Source of the DNA: a virus | Taxonomy: Duplodnaviria; Caudoviricetes | Reading direction: 5' to 3' (one strand) | Length of the DNA stretch: 64,000 nt | IMG/VR virus record: IMGVR_UViG_3300032038_000053 | Location: 1 to 64,000 of that record | Part shown: piece by piece, positions 1 to 10,135 of the stretch | How positions within the stretch are numbered: position 1 is the first letter of the stretch | Layout: each line of letters starts with the position of its first letter | Made by a program: the position numbers and the translations under genes | Notes under the pieces: generated by a model | Told to the model about the DNA's origin: nothing | Database searches by the model: none | The model's input: the letters and a program-made list of their open reading frames with translations, nothing else

Positions 1-259
1 AAATATAAGCCGGAGGCTTATATTTCTATATACTATGTATACATTGTATACATAGAGTAATAATAATTAAATATACAAGTACTATATAGAATTATGTTAA
101 TAAAAAAGCGCGATGGAAAACCCTATATGTTTGATGAAATGGCCCATTATGGGCCATGTTGTTATTTCATTTTTTGTTTCAATGACATATGTACTATTTA
201 ATTGACCGGGTACAAGTATTACAAGTAAATACAATATAGGTCAAGAAAGGAAGATTAGT

Positions 260-1435
260 ATGAATGAAGAAAACAACAAATTCGTTTATACCTACTCTAC
301 TGAGGAATTGGATGAGATTATCGCCAAGATGCAGAAGGGTATTCAGGTATTGATGAATGACGATCTCAAGGAAGATGTTCAGCTTCGTATCATGGAATTG
401 GAGCAGGAGATCATCGATGATGATGAGGTTGATGAAGCTATCAACCATCGTAATGAATTGATGAAGAAGAAGTTGGAACAGAAGAAGCGTCAGGCAACCA
501 AGGAAGACATCATTGTGATTGAGTTGAGTGATGAACAAAAGAGGGTATTGGAAGAGGAAATGAGTGTGTCAATTGTTCGTCGTGACCCGGATCTCTCCTA
601 TCATAAACGTGATGATGAATTGTTTGATTCTGCGGAGAAACGTGAGATCTATCAGAAGTTGTCAACTGTCCAGAAGTGCTACTACAACCAAACGGATTAT
701 GTCAATGCAATGAATATCATCATGACGGCAATTAAGTATTCATTAGCACATGACTATCCATGGATGACGTATGAGGAAGCTGTGAAAGAATTTAATGCTG
801 GTCATATCAAGTTTGAGTATTGTCAGATTCCCAAGTTGTATGTGAATTGGACAACTACGATTGATGATCCCGCAATGTTAAAGGGTATTCTGAATGGTAC
901 AATTACGATGGTTCAGAAAGACGATTCCAAGAAACCCAAAGTCAAACTTCCCAAGATTCCCGCAATGTACGAAGTGGATATTACCGGTGAGAATGAATGG
1001 AATCAGTTATATGCAATGCACCAGCGTGGTTATAATACTCCGATCTCTCCCATTATCAACGCAACAATTGGATCGTTCTCACGTTTCTCATTACCGGATA
1101 CAAACTGGTTTTACAAGACTAAAGAGCAAGCCCAGCGTGCACCCGTGGAGTTCGATTGGATGCAAGATGGTGCAGGAGCTGCTTACTACGACCTGGTACA
1201 CGGTATAACATATGACACTGGTGATTTGATGGATGATTTGATGGATGCAAATAACAATAATCTCAACCAGTCATTGCAAGGTAAGATTGAACAATTCATG
1301 GCAGCATTAAAGAGACCGGTAACACAGCAAGATCAGTTGTATCAATCCACGATGGTACAAAGCAAAGATGCGGCAACAATTGCCATGGAACAGTCCATTC
1401 TTCAGAGTATGAGAAATGCCAATCCGAACAAGTAA
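260..1435 (+). CDS. Hypothetical protein, 391 aa, coiled-coil-rich N-terminus
   Basis: Long ORF with RBS AAAGGAAG; no recognisable motif. Confidence 0.8.
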   Translation: MNEENNKFVYTYSTEELDEIIAKMQKGIQVLMNDDLKEDVQLRIMELEQEIIDDDEVDEAINHRNELMKKKLEQKKRQATKEDIIVIELSDEQKRVLEEEMSVSIVRRDPDLSYHKRDDELFDSAEKREIYQKLSTVQKCYYNQTDYVNAMNIIMTAIKYSLAHDYPWMTYEEAVKEFNAGHIKFEYCQIPKLYVNWTTTIDDPAMLKGILNGTITMVQKDDSKKPKVKLPKIPAMYEVDITGENEWNQLYAMHQRGYNTPISPIINATIGSFSRFSLPDTNWFYKTKEQAQRAPVEFDWMQDGAGAAYYDLVHGITYDTGDLMDDLMDANNNNLNQSLQGKIEQFMAALKRPVTQQDQLYQSTMVQSKDAATIAMEQSILQSMRNANPNK

Positions 1436-1442
1436 TTAATAT

Positions 1443-1511
1443 CACATCATGTGGTATTCGGGTTGGTTTGTACACAATTCACAGGGGGATTGTGTGCGAT
1501 GACTTGAACAT
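1443..1511 (-). CDS. Putative 22-aa peptide MFKSSHTIPCELCTNQPEYHMM
   Basis: Read by hand; GGAGG RBS 7 nt upstream of ATG; not in the ORF track. Confidence 0.35.
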
Positions 1512-1648
1512 TTGTAAACCTCCAAAGTAATGTGCATGAAAGCTTCGCCCCAATAGGGGCGGAGTGAAATGCATTTGTATTTATTTTTTATATCAATGCA
1601 CTAAGATGTAGTCAAATGGAAAATGATGAGATTTCGTTTGGCGTGGGT

Positions 1649-1747
1649 TTATGATTCATAGATGCATGTTTCAATCAATATGTACATAACTTCTTCGAAT
1701 ATGGCAAGGGTTCGAAATACATGAAGGGATACTGCGATTGGATGCAT
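1649..1747 (-). CDS. Putative 32-aa peptide MHPIAVSLHVFRTLAIFEEVMYILIETCIYES
   Basis: Read by hand; AAAGGAGA RBS upstream. Confidence 0.35.
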   Translation of the reverse strand: MHPIAVSLHVFRTLAIFEEVMYILIETCIYES

Positions 1748-1776
1748 GGTGATTCTCCTTTCTTTATTTTGTGATG

Positions 1777-1799
1777 CGGTGGGGCCATTGGCCCCACCG
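1777..1799. terminator. GC-rich hairpin, probable intrinsic terminator for the 2595-aa gene
   Basis: CGGTGGGGCC-ATT-GGCCCCACCG inverted repeat just past the stop codon. Confidence 0.65.
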
Positions 1800-1823
1800 A
1801 CAAGTATCACATTTTACTTTTTG

Positions 1824-4800
1824 TTATTTGATCTCCTTTTGGATGCATGTAACCACAGTTGCATGTACCCATAATCCTTTAACGGATTTTGGTAATTCAA
1901 TTCTTGTTCCTGTACGGATAATTGGAATAATCATTTTCGCATGATCCATTTCTTCCCATTGATGTTCTGTCAAATAGATTGTGAAATATCGTGAATATGT
2001 TCCCGTGGTATAAATCACATACTTATTGAAATCTTCTTTGACATGTATCAACAAATATTGTTGTTCAATAATCATGGAATCGTCACGATGTGTTGTTGGG
2101 AATAATGGATTGGTGATTCTTTCATATTTCCAAGCATCATCCAATGCATCTAAAATCTTTGTATTCTCAATCTCATGTAATCCAATATCATCTGTGAATA
2201 AATGATATAATGGAACACCATTGATCAATGGGATATTGTAATAATCATTGTAATTATTAGATGGATGCCTTTCTTCATACTTCGGGAAGAAGTCCATGAT
2301 ATCTTGTTCAATATTGTTATTGTTTGGATTTGTAATATATCCCATCGTAGAATTCTGTAATGGTGTATGATTTGGTGGTCCATTATAACGGAATCGGAGA
2401 TGCTGTTCCAAGAAAGTATGACCGGAACGAATTGCTTCATCATAACTCGTGTACACATTTCCATACAAATCAATGTATACATTTCCTTTGGTAAACAATG
2501 GATGATTTGTATTTAAACCAAACCATTGATTGGAACCGACACTATTATCGTACAACACATCTTTATCATCAACTAATTCAATTAATTCAAAATTCTTTAA
2601 TGATGTTAAATTAATTAACTGGAATGATGTTGGAGATAAGATAATGAGATGATCATCCCCTTTCAGTTGTCTACCATTTACCCACCACTCATAACGATCT
2701 CTAGATAATGGAGTTGGTACAAAACCAGTTACATCGATTAATCCATTTTTGGGGATATTAGCCAATGAATAACGACACACGGAGATGTAGTTAGAACGAA
2801 CAACACGTGTTCTATTTTTGTAATTATTACGATTTTCTGTCTCATCATCAGAATGTCCTTCAGGGAATGTCAATCGTTCATTGAAACGATTATGCCGAGT
2901 GGATGAAATGGGAAAACGGATATTCATGTCCCAGTTCCAGTAGTAACGGAATGGATCTAATGTATCGGAATTATTTTTAGAAATACGAAAATCACGATCT
3001 CCATCAATTTTTTTGTATGCTACATCTAATGTGATATGATATTGCCCCGCACCATACCAATCCGTTGCATTTGCTGGACCAATCCAGAATTCTGGTGGAA
3101 TCTCGATATACTTTGCTTCCGCTCCATATAAACCAATCCATTGTTTCTTTTCATCAATCATACTGCGAAGATTTCTCGTAATCGTTACACTAATCAAACC
3201 ACCGATTGGGTGATAATCAGAATCATGTGCAATATAACATTTGTAAATACCATGCTGAAATTGAATATCGTATGTTGTATTTCTGATTTGTACTCCTTGA
3301 CTACCATCTTCGTTTGCAACAAGAACACCTTCGAACATCATATTGGAAATATTCCCATCATACTTTGTAACTATCACATCGCCAGATGTATCATCAAATG
3401 TTGTATACTGGAAACAAATCAACTTAACAACTTCACCATTTTTGAAATTATCAATTGATTCAATTACATTTACTTCATATTTTGGAATATTTAAATATGC
3501 GATTGGTCTTGTATGGGATGGATCAATTGGAATCATTGCATCAAATGGTGCTTTAATATAAATTAAACAATCATCAATTTTGACACCATCTGGATTGGTT
3601 GTTGTAATTTTACTTAAATCCAAATGACAAAATCTTGGAGTTGGTGTATACGGTGATCTGCCAGATTTCAATAATGGACGACGGTCGATGTATATCGCAT
3701 TACCACTTCCCAAGCCATAAGCTCCTTCGGATGTAAACCCACCAAAATCTTCTCGAGTTGTATATGATTTATCACCATAATCTTCATATAAATCCAAATG
3801 TTTACGAATTGTCAAATCCTTGTAAACATCCTTTTTGACTTCATTAGGATTATCATATAATGAATCATTAGTACTGAGAATTGGTTTAAATTTCACCAAA
3901 CATTTACGACGTTCATCGGTAATCACAATTCGATTGTAGATATTGGATTTTTCATATGCCATGTAAATTAATAAATGATTTGATATTGGGAATTCATCGA
4001 CATGTAATTCATCGACACGTAACTCAATATTCTTCAATGCCTTTTCCACGACATAATCATCATATACATCAAGATTTTCGTTTGCTACAACACCATATCG
4101 AATTTGATAAATGTTTGGATCCAACCATTCTTGGTGATCCATATCATATACAAAGAATTTCAATTGATGATTATTGTCTGGGGCATCTTGTTCAAGTAAA
4201 TTGGATGTATTCACCATAATATCTCGGATATCCGGTTTGAATGTATCTGGTAATTTTGTACGTGTATTGGATATGTATGTCTTTGCTGCATCATATGATA
4301 ACACATTATACCACGTTGTCTTATGTTCTTGCTCATCCAAATATTCTTTCACACGATCACGATACTTTTCCAGTTTTGTAATTTTTGCCATACGATTTGC
4401 CAATTGACGTTGGATTTTATGTCGTTCGCTTTCGGATAAATTATCATCAAATAACATATTGTGCAATTCTTCAATATCGTAATTCTGCAATTCTAATTCT
4501 GTATTGTCTATTTCATTTTGGTATACGTGACGTTCTAATGCATACACATCATGATCATTTGGTTCATCGCGTAATACGGGATACAATTCTGGTTCTGATA
4601 ATTCACAACGATTTCGATTCCATGTGATCACTCGAATCTTGGTGGTTGTCTGGTTAACACCTAATTGGATTTTTTCACGGATTGCTCCTTCACCCAAGTA
4701 AATAAAACGCCAACGTTTGTATTCTTCACCTGGATAACGATTGTTCCATGTTTCTGGTAAGAATCCATTCACTCGAGTATATGTGTAATTTAATTTGTTC

Positions 4801-7800
4801 ACTGTTGATTTGATTGGATCACCGGGAAAACTTCTCATATTTTGATAATCAATATCACTTTCGATGACATCTGGATCGAATGTTGGATTTGCATATGTTT
4901 CATAATTGGGATTGGTATATTCATCCAATAAGTTGGAGATATTATCTTTCAACACAATACATTCCACATTGTCTGTTAAATAATGACTCATTAATTCTTG
5001 ATCGGTGATCTCCAACCATTTTGCATGACGATTATCCACCTTTGCTTCCACAAAGCCATGTTCAACAGAATGATCGATTGCGGTAATTTCTGCAGGAAAT
5101 ACATAATGTAATTGATCATTTGTCATGAGATAAATCTTTTGCCCTTCAAAATATTTACCACCAACTGATTGAATATGCTTATCGTCATCCAAGGGCAAAT
5201 GTAAAATCTGTGATGGTTTGAAAAACATTTGTGCAGAAACATGATCACCCAATTCAGACAACATCATCTCATTCAATACATGATTGGGAATTCGCACAAT
5301 ATCAACTGGTCCTGGTAAATATGTTTTGGGTTGTAATTGAAATTCGTATGTGTGTAATAATTGTGTATAACGATTCCCAATGTACATTTCATAATTGGTG
5401 GATGTAACTTTTCGATTAATGGTACATCCTGTTGAATCATCCACTGTAATATTCTCATGAACATTTTGCAAACTAACAACTGTGGAATTTCCATTCAATA
5501 AGATCTCCATATCAGGAACAAGATCTGCGGTAGAACCAACTTTACGGAATAAGAATTCACAACTATGTCCATTCATTGCATCATGAGCATTTCCATTTTC
5601 ATCATAATATGTGAATGCAACATTGAGAGAACTGTATGATTGTAAATCATAATACTTCGGATCGTTTGATCCAAACAATGCATCATTACCGAAGAATACG
5701 TATTGACAATGCTGTATGAATCGATTAGTAGTTGGGACATATAACTGGTTGATTTTATTACCATTTGTTTCATTTGTGGAAATCAATTTGCCAGAATTCA
5801 CATTGAAGTATAATGTGATGGTTGAGCCAATGGGTAATGTTTCACCGGGTGGACAAAAATGTTTCATATTGATTTCATCAATTGTGATTACTGCTTTTGC
5901 ATATTTAATATCATCACGACCAGTTCCTTCTATTTCGTATGGATGATATGTGTGGTCACCCATGTATGGATCATTAATTCGTTCAATGATATACAGATCC
6001 GTCACATAATGCTTCATGACATAATCGACATATTCTTCAATTGGTTTCAAATAAGATTCTTTGTATTCATCAATCAATGCGTTAAGTTCTTGCAACTGTG
6101 GAAACTCTGTTGTTGCCATAATATTAAATTCATTAATGATGGTATATGGAGCAAATAATCCACCTATTGCACCATTCTCATCATATGGATCCATACGAAC
6201 TCCTGTATCGGAATTCTTTTGTTCAATATCAGAATGACTTACACCATGATTAATCATACTAAGAAAGTCTTGATCAAATTGATGGATATTTACCAATTGC
6301 TTAAATTGATAAACATTCTGTGTTTTTGCTAATTCCTTGAAATGTAAATACAGATTACGAGCACGACGGATTACTGGAGCACGAAATCCATATTCATAAT
6401 ATACCATTTTCAATCCATATAGCATATTATATATCCCAGCATATGCTCGTAACAATTTCTTTTTGGCTTGATATGAACCGTCTTCATTCATTTCATAATA
6501 TGTCATTTGTGGTTTGCTATTCACCAATCTCTTTTGATATGGCCTAACAAGAACTCCTGCTCTCAGAATACGATCAATCTTATTTGTGTATCTAACATAA
6601 AAGGAATCCATTAAATTAGAGAAAGGATCACCATTCAACACATGTGTTTTGATAAATGATTCTTCAATGTGATTTGGTTTCTCCTTGTATGTCGTGTCAT
6701 AAAACTCTTGTATCATTTCACGAATTTTACGAATAGATTTGTAGCCCGTTTCTACCGCGATTGATTGGTTCCACGCATGTTTGTAATCCGTTTGGAAATA
6801 TCCAATAAAGTCACGAATAGCGGTCAAGAATTTTGTTAACAATTTCGCAAATTGGATATCGTAATAATAACAGAATGGTTCAATTGGTTCATCGAATTGA
6901 ATATAATGGGAATCATCCGCATGTCCTCGTTTGTATAATGGGAACTTTGGCATAGATCCATCTTCCAATTGATTATGTTTGACAAATGTGTATGGATACA
7001 CATCCGTATCATATACAGTTCCATTCTTAATTGGTCCTGGAATACCATAATAGAAGTTAATTTTATTATCAGTAATTGGAACAGATGGTGAACTTAATAA
7101 CATATTATTGGTAACTTCTAACTTGGTGAATGTACCAAAATTCATTAATATCTTTTGCTGTTTACTTGTTGCTTCTGATACATTATATTCCAAATAACGT
7201 GGATTGAATTTTTCATCTGTTAATGTTTGATAGAAGAATGTTAACAATGCATCTTCGTTATCTTTTAATAACGCTAAAATGTAGAATAAGTAATTGACGG
7301 CGAATGGTGCACGGAAAGAATCTTCATCATAATCTTGATAATTGTCAGTCGTATAATTCAGATCCAAGTACGTAAAGTTGGATCCATACTTTACCAGAAT
7401 ATCCGTCGGATCAACATTATGCTTTAAGATGTCTGATAATACATGAACAACTGACTCATCATCATATTTGTTATATAGAATCTTTGACATTCGCATGAGT
7501 TTGTTTTCCAAATTCCAATAACGAATGAATCCCAAATAGTTTTCAACTTCTGTGATGAACTTATCATAATCCAATACAGTTTCAATGGCAAATGTGTCAT
7601 CAATCTCCTTTGCGGATGGATAAAATGTATCCGTGTATAAAAAGAAGAATTTAAATACTTCATCACCTTTTAGACCAGTATTCACATAAAAGGAATTCTC
7701 AATTCCATGGAAATGTTTGATTTCTGGATATGCAAAAATCCAACATTGGAATTCACGTGAATATTTCATTGGAATAAAACATTGCTCGGAGATGGGACGA

Positions 7801-9611
7801 TTGAATCGATGGGATGATTCTTTTTCAAAGAAGTCCAAATTGATTTTTGCCAACTCTTGAAATACGGATAATTGTTTGGATGCTAAATATGGAGATACCA
7901 ATTCTAAAACCATATCTTCGTAACCATCAACATAGAATCCATCATTCAGAAATTCTCCAAATTGATTCAACATTTTATTGGCATATTCAATTTGTTCATT
8001 CAAATAATCTTCATCATATTCAATATCAGTACCAGCATCAATTTGTTCTAATACATTAAGTGCAGCACCGATTCTTTGTAATGTATGCATATCTTGATAG
8101 AAACGTGTGAATTTCTTTACAAGTTTTTCATCCACGACATTTGTCAACATTGCACCATTTACATATGCCATATAATATTGGAATGTGCCGGAATTTAATT
8201 CTGTCAAGTAAACCACAATTTCACCCAATAAAATATTCTTTAATTCAGAAATGGATTTCTTTTGTGCATCTGTTGCGGTTGTGTAATCGGTTGGTGTTTC
8301 TATTTTGAATTTGCTTGTTCTAAATGAATTATCCAATACATTGAAGAAATGTTGAATACCTGCTTCAACTCTACTAACAACGGATTTGTATTCCATCATT
8401 TCTTCATACAAGTTAATGCATTTGAGTATAATGTCGAAATGTAAATCACATTCACGATCAATACAAATGGGTGGTGTGCAAATTTGTATATTTTGAATCT
8501 TATCCTTCTTGATTGGAGTTGCTAAGATTTCCAAGTTATCAATATCAACAACTTTGTTTTCCAAGTCTGTATAGATCGGAGTTAACTTTGTCAGATGCAT
8601 GTAATTTAATGCGGGATATACGCCATTTAATTCATGAAAGAATTTTGGATGATAAATAATCACATTTACTTCAATCGGTTTGTATCGATTAAACATTTCC
8701 AGTGTTGGTTTTTGCAATGATTCAATTACCAATTGTCCATCATCATCAATCCATCCAAAGTTTGGTGCAACCTGCATGGATTTCTGAAAACGTCTGTCGT
8801 AGATATCAACAATACATTTATGACCTTGACCCTTGGATAGGTTTAATGGCAATTTGTATTTTCCATCTGGAGCTTTCTTTAATGCAGTTCGAACAAATGT
8901 ATGTTGTGTAATTGCAGTATCATCCAATTTAAATATCAGAATATCGGCATCTGCAACACCACCATATCCAAATCGAAAACGAAATCCATGATCATCAAAT
9001 CCAGCATAGAATTCATTACAAATCATACCATTGATGGTCATCATGAATGTACATCCAAGAATCTTCATGAATGGAGAGTTTGTGAATTCAGATACATGAA
9101 TGAATCGTTCATTGACAGAATCATGCATTTTATGTAATTTCTGACGAATGAATTCATCACGTTCACCAAAATGCAATTGGTCATATGGGATATCTACATT
9201 GAAATATGATGTTAATGTTTCATTGTGGATATGTTTATCATTGATATTGGTTGCATGGAAAATGACGGCATGTGTGTTTACCATCATCTTTCCCATGGCT
9301 CTACGTAATGATTGATCATATGTCTTTTTCAATGCATCATCGATATCCTCGAAGCTGTAACTTGATTGACTTAATAAACTTAATAATTGTGCAAATCCAG
9401 TTGTATTACCCAACATCCCATATGGTTGTTTTGTAAATAAACTATTCTCTGGATCATTCTCATGTTGTTTCATTTCAATCAATTGACGATATCGATCACC
9501 AATATCTGCAACTGATGTATCATTATATCCAATAATTCCATCACGATTTCCCGTAAGATAATTGTGAAATGCGTAAAACCAAGCGTTGTAATTCATTTTC
9601 ATTTTTATCAC
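1824..9611 (-). CDS. Giant virion structural protein (2595 aa), probably tail/baseplate-associated
   Basis: Very long ORF, aromatic/beta-rich composition, on the late strand next to the virion RNAP gene; function inferred from jumbo-phage context. Confidence 0.6.
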   Translation of the reverse strand: MIKMKMNYNAWFYAFHNYLTGNRDGIIGYNDTSVADIGDRYRQLIEMKQHENDPENSLFTKQPYGMLGNTTGFAQLLSLLSQSSYSFEDIDDALKKTYDQSLRRAMGKMMVNTHAVIFHATNINDKHIHNETLTSYFNVDIPYDQLHFGERDEFIRQKLHKMHDSVNERFIHVSEFTNSPFMKILGCTFMMTINGMICNEFYAGFDDHGFRFRFGYGGVADADILIFKLDDTAITQHTFVRTALKKAPDGKYKLPLNLSKGQGHKCIVDIYDRRFQKSMQVAPNFGWIDDDGQLVIESLQKPTLEMFNRYKPIEVNVIIYHPKFFHELNGVYPALNYMHLTKLTPIYTDLENKVVDIDNLEILATPIKKDKIQNIQICTPPICIDRECDLHFDIILKCINLYEEMMEYKSVVSRVEAGIQHFFNVLDNSFRTSKFKIETPTDYTTATDAQKKSISELKNILLGEIVVYLTELNSGTFQYYMAYVNGAMLTNVVDEKLVKKFTRFYQDMHTLQRIGAALNVLEQIDAGTDIEYDEDYLNEQIEYANKMLNQFGEFLNDGFYVDGYEDMVLELVSPYLASKQLSVFQELAKINLDFFEKESSHRFNRPISEQCFIPMKYSREFQCWIFAYPEIKHFHGIENSFYVNTGLKGDEVFKFFFLYTDTFYPSAKEIDDTFAIETVLDYDKFITEVENYLGFIRYWNLENKLMRMSKILYNKYDDESVVHVLSDILKHNVDPTDILVKYGSNFTYLDLNYTTDNYQDYDEDSFRAPFAVNYLFYILALLKDNEDALLTFFYQTLTDEKFNPRYLEYNVSEATSKQQKILMNFGTFTKLEVTNNMLLSSPSVPITDNKINFYYGIPGPIKNGTVYDTDVYPYTFVKHNQLEDGSMPKFPLYKRGHADDSHYIQFDEPIEPFCYYYDIQFAKLLTKFLTAIRDFIGYFQTDYKHAWNQSIAVETGYKSIRKIREMIQEFYDTTYKEKPNHIEESFIKTHVLNGDPFSNLMDSFYVRYTNKIDRILRAGVLVRPYQKRLVNSKPQMTYYEMNEDGSYQAKKKLLRAYAGIYNMLYGLKMVYYEYGFRAPVIRRARNLYLHFKELAKTQNVYQFKQLVNIHQFDQDFLSMINHGVSHSDIEQKNSDTGVRMDPYDENGAIGGLFAPYTIINEFNIMATTEFPQLQELNALIDEYKESYLKPIEEYVDYVMKHYVTDLYIIERINDPYMGDHTYHPYEIEGTGRDDIKYAKAVITIDEINMKHFCPPGETLPIGSTITLYFNVNSGKLISTNETNGNKINQLYVPTTNRFIQHCQYVFFGNDALFGSNDPKYYDLQSYSSLNVAFTYYDENGNAHDAMNGHSCEFLFRKVGSTADLVPDMEILLNGNSTVVSLQNVHENITVDDSTGCTINRKVTSTNYEMYIGNRYTQLLHTYEFQLQPKTYLPGPVDIVRIPNHVLNEMMLSELGDHVSAQMFFKPSQILHLPLDDDKHIQSVGGKYFEGQKIYLMTNDQLHYVFPAEITAIDHSVEHGFVEAKVDNRHAKWLEITDQELMSHYLTDNVECIVLKDNISNLLDEYTNPNYETYANPTFDPDVIESDIDYQNMRSFPGDPIKSTVNKLNYTYTRVNGFLPETWNNRYPGEEYKRWRFIYLGEGAIREKIQLGVNQTTTKIRVITWNRNRCELSEPELYPVLRDEPNDHDVYALERHVYQNEIDNTELELQNYDIEELHNMLFDDNLSESERHKIQRQLANRMAKITKLEKYRDRVKEYLDEQEHKTTWYNVLSYDAAKTYISNTRTKLPDTFKPDIRDIMVNTSNLLEQDAPDNNHQLKFFVYDMDHQEWLDPNIYQIRYGVVANENLDVYDDYVVEKALKNIELRVDELHVDEFPISNHLLIYMAYEKSNIYNRIVITDERRKCLVKFKPILSTNDSLYDNPNEVKKDVYKDLTIRKHLDLYEDYGDKSYTTREDFGGFTSEGAYGLGSGNAIYIDRRPLLKSGRSPYTPTPRFCHLDLSKITTTNPDGVKIDDCLIYIKAPFDAMIPIDPSHTRPIAYLNIPKYEVNVIESIDNFKNGEVVKLICFQYTTFDDTSGDVIVTKYDGNISNMMFEGVLVANEDGSQGVQIRNTTYDIQFQHGIYKCYIAHDSDYHPIGGLISVTITRNLRSMIDEKKQWIGLYGAEAKYIEIPPEFWIGPANATDWYGAGQYHITLDVAYKKIDGDRDFRISKNNSDTLDPFRYYWNWDMNIRFPISSTRHNRFNERLTFPEGHSDDETENRNNYKNRTRVVRSNYISVCRYSLANIPKNGLIDVTGFVPTPLSRDRYEWWVNGRQLKGDDHLIILSPTSFQLINLTSLKNFELIELVDDKDVLYDNSVGSNQWFGLNTNHPLFTKGNVYIDLYGNVYTSYDEAIRSGHTFLEQHLRFRYNGPPNHTPLQNSTMGYITNPNNNNIEQDIMDFFPKYEERHPSNNYNDYYNIPLINGVPLYHLFTDDIGLHEIENTKILDALDDAWKYERITNPLFPTTHRDDSMIIEQQYLLIHVKEDFNKYVIYTTGTYSRYFTIYLTEHQWEEMDHAKMIIPIIRTGTRIELPKSVKGLWVHATVVTCIQKEIK

Positions 9612-9647
9612 TCACTTTCGGAATTACATTTAAATTGCTTACAGATT

Positions 9648-9677
9648 CGTGAATGGGGGCGTTGGCCCCCATTCACG
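9648..9677. terminator. GC-rich hairpin between divergent units
   Basis: CGTGAATGGGGGC-GTTG-GCCCCCATTCACG perfect 13-bp stem. Confidence 0.5.
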
Positions 9678-9694
9678 ATATTTCAAATTTCTGT

Positions 9695-9710
9695 ATATAT
9701 AATTAATATG
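9695..9710 (+). promoter_or_regulatory. Putative early (virion-RNAP) promoter
   Basis: ATATATAATTAATATG matches the ATRTAY-N4-WATA motif seen upstream of ~10 early units in this window. Confidence 0.5.
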
Positions 9711-9839
9711 ATAACAATAAAGAATTCTATGTTATCGATCTACTACAGCAGTGCTAATCGCGTTTATGATTGAAGCACATCTGAACTAAGGCAAGCAGTC
9801 ACTCGTCAGCTGTAGAGATCTCACAAAGGAAGTGATTTT

Positions 9840-10064
9840 ATGTTCAGAGAATTTAGAGAAGTACACGAGGCACAAGAGGTGCGTCTTGAGGACAGCCCAT
9901 TGCTGCAGACACTCATGCGTCAGAATGAAATGGCCCGTCGTGAAACTGACGAGGCTATGATGCAGATGCAGTTCGAAACTGAGCGTGCTATTACACGTCA
10001 GGATCGTGAATTACTTGACGCAGTTAAGAAGTCCGCAAAACTCTTGAAGCGTAATAACTTCTGA
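9840..10064 (+). CDS. Small helical hypothetical protein (74 aa)
   Basis: RBS AAGGAAGTGA; own promoter motif upstream and long hairpin at 10076-10124 downstream. Confidence 0.75.
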   Translation: MFREFREVHEAQEVRLEDSPLLQTLMRQNEMARRETDEAMMQMQFETERAITRQDRELLDAVKKSAKLLKRNNF

Positions 10065-10135
10065 ATTTCAAAATGTACAGAGTGCTGAGAGCTGGTGGGT
10101 TAATCCAGCTTTGAGCTCTCTGTATATTTTTTTCT

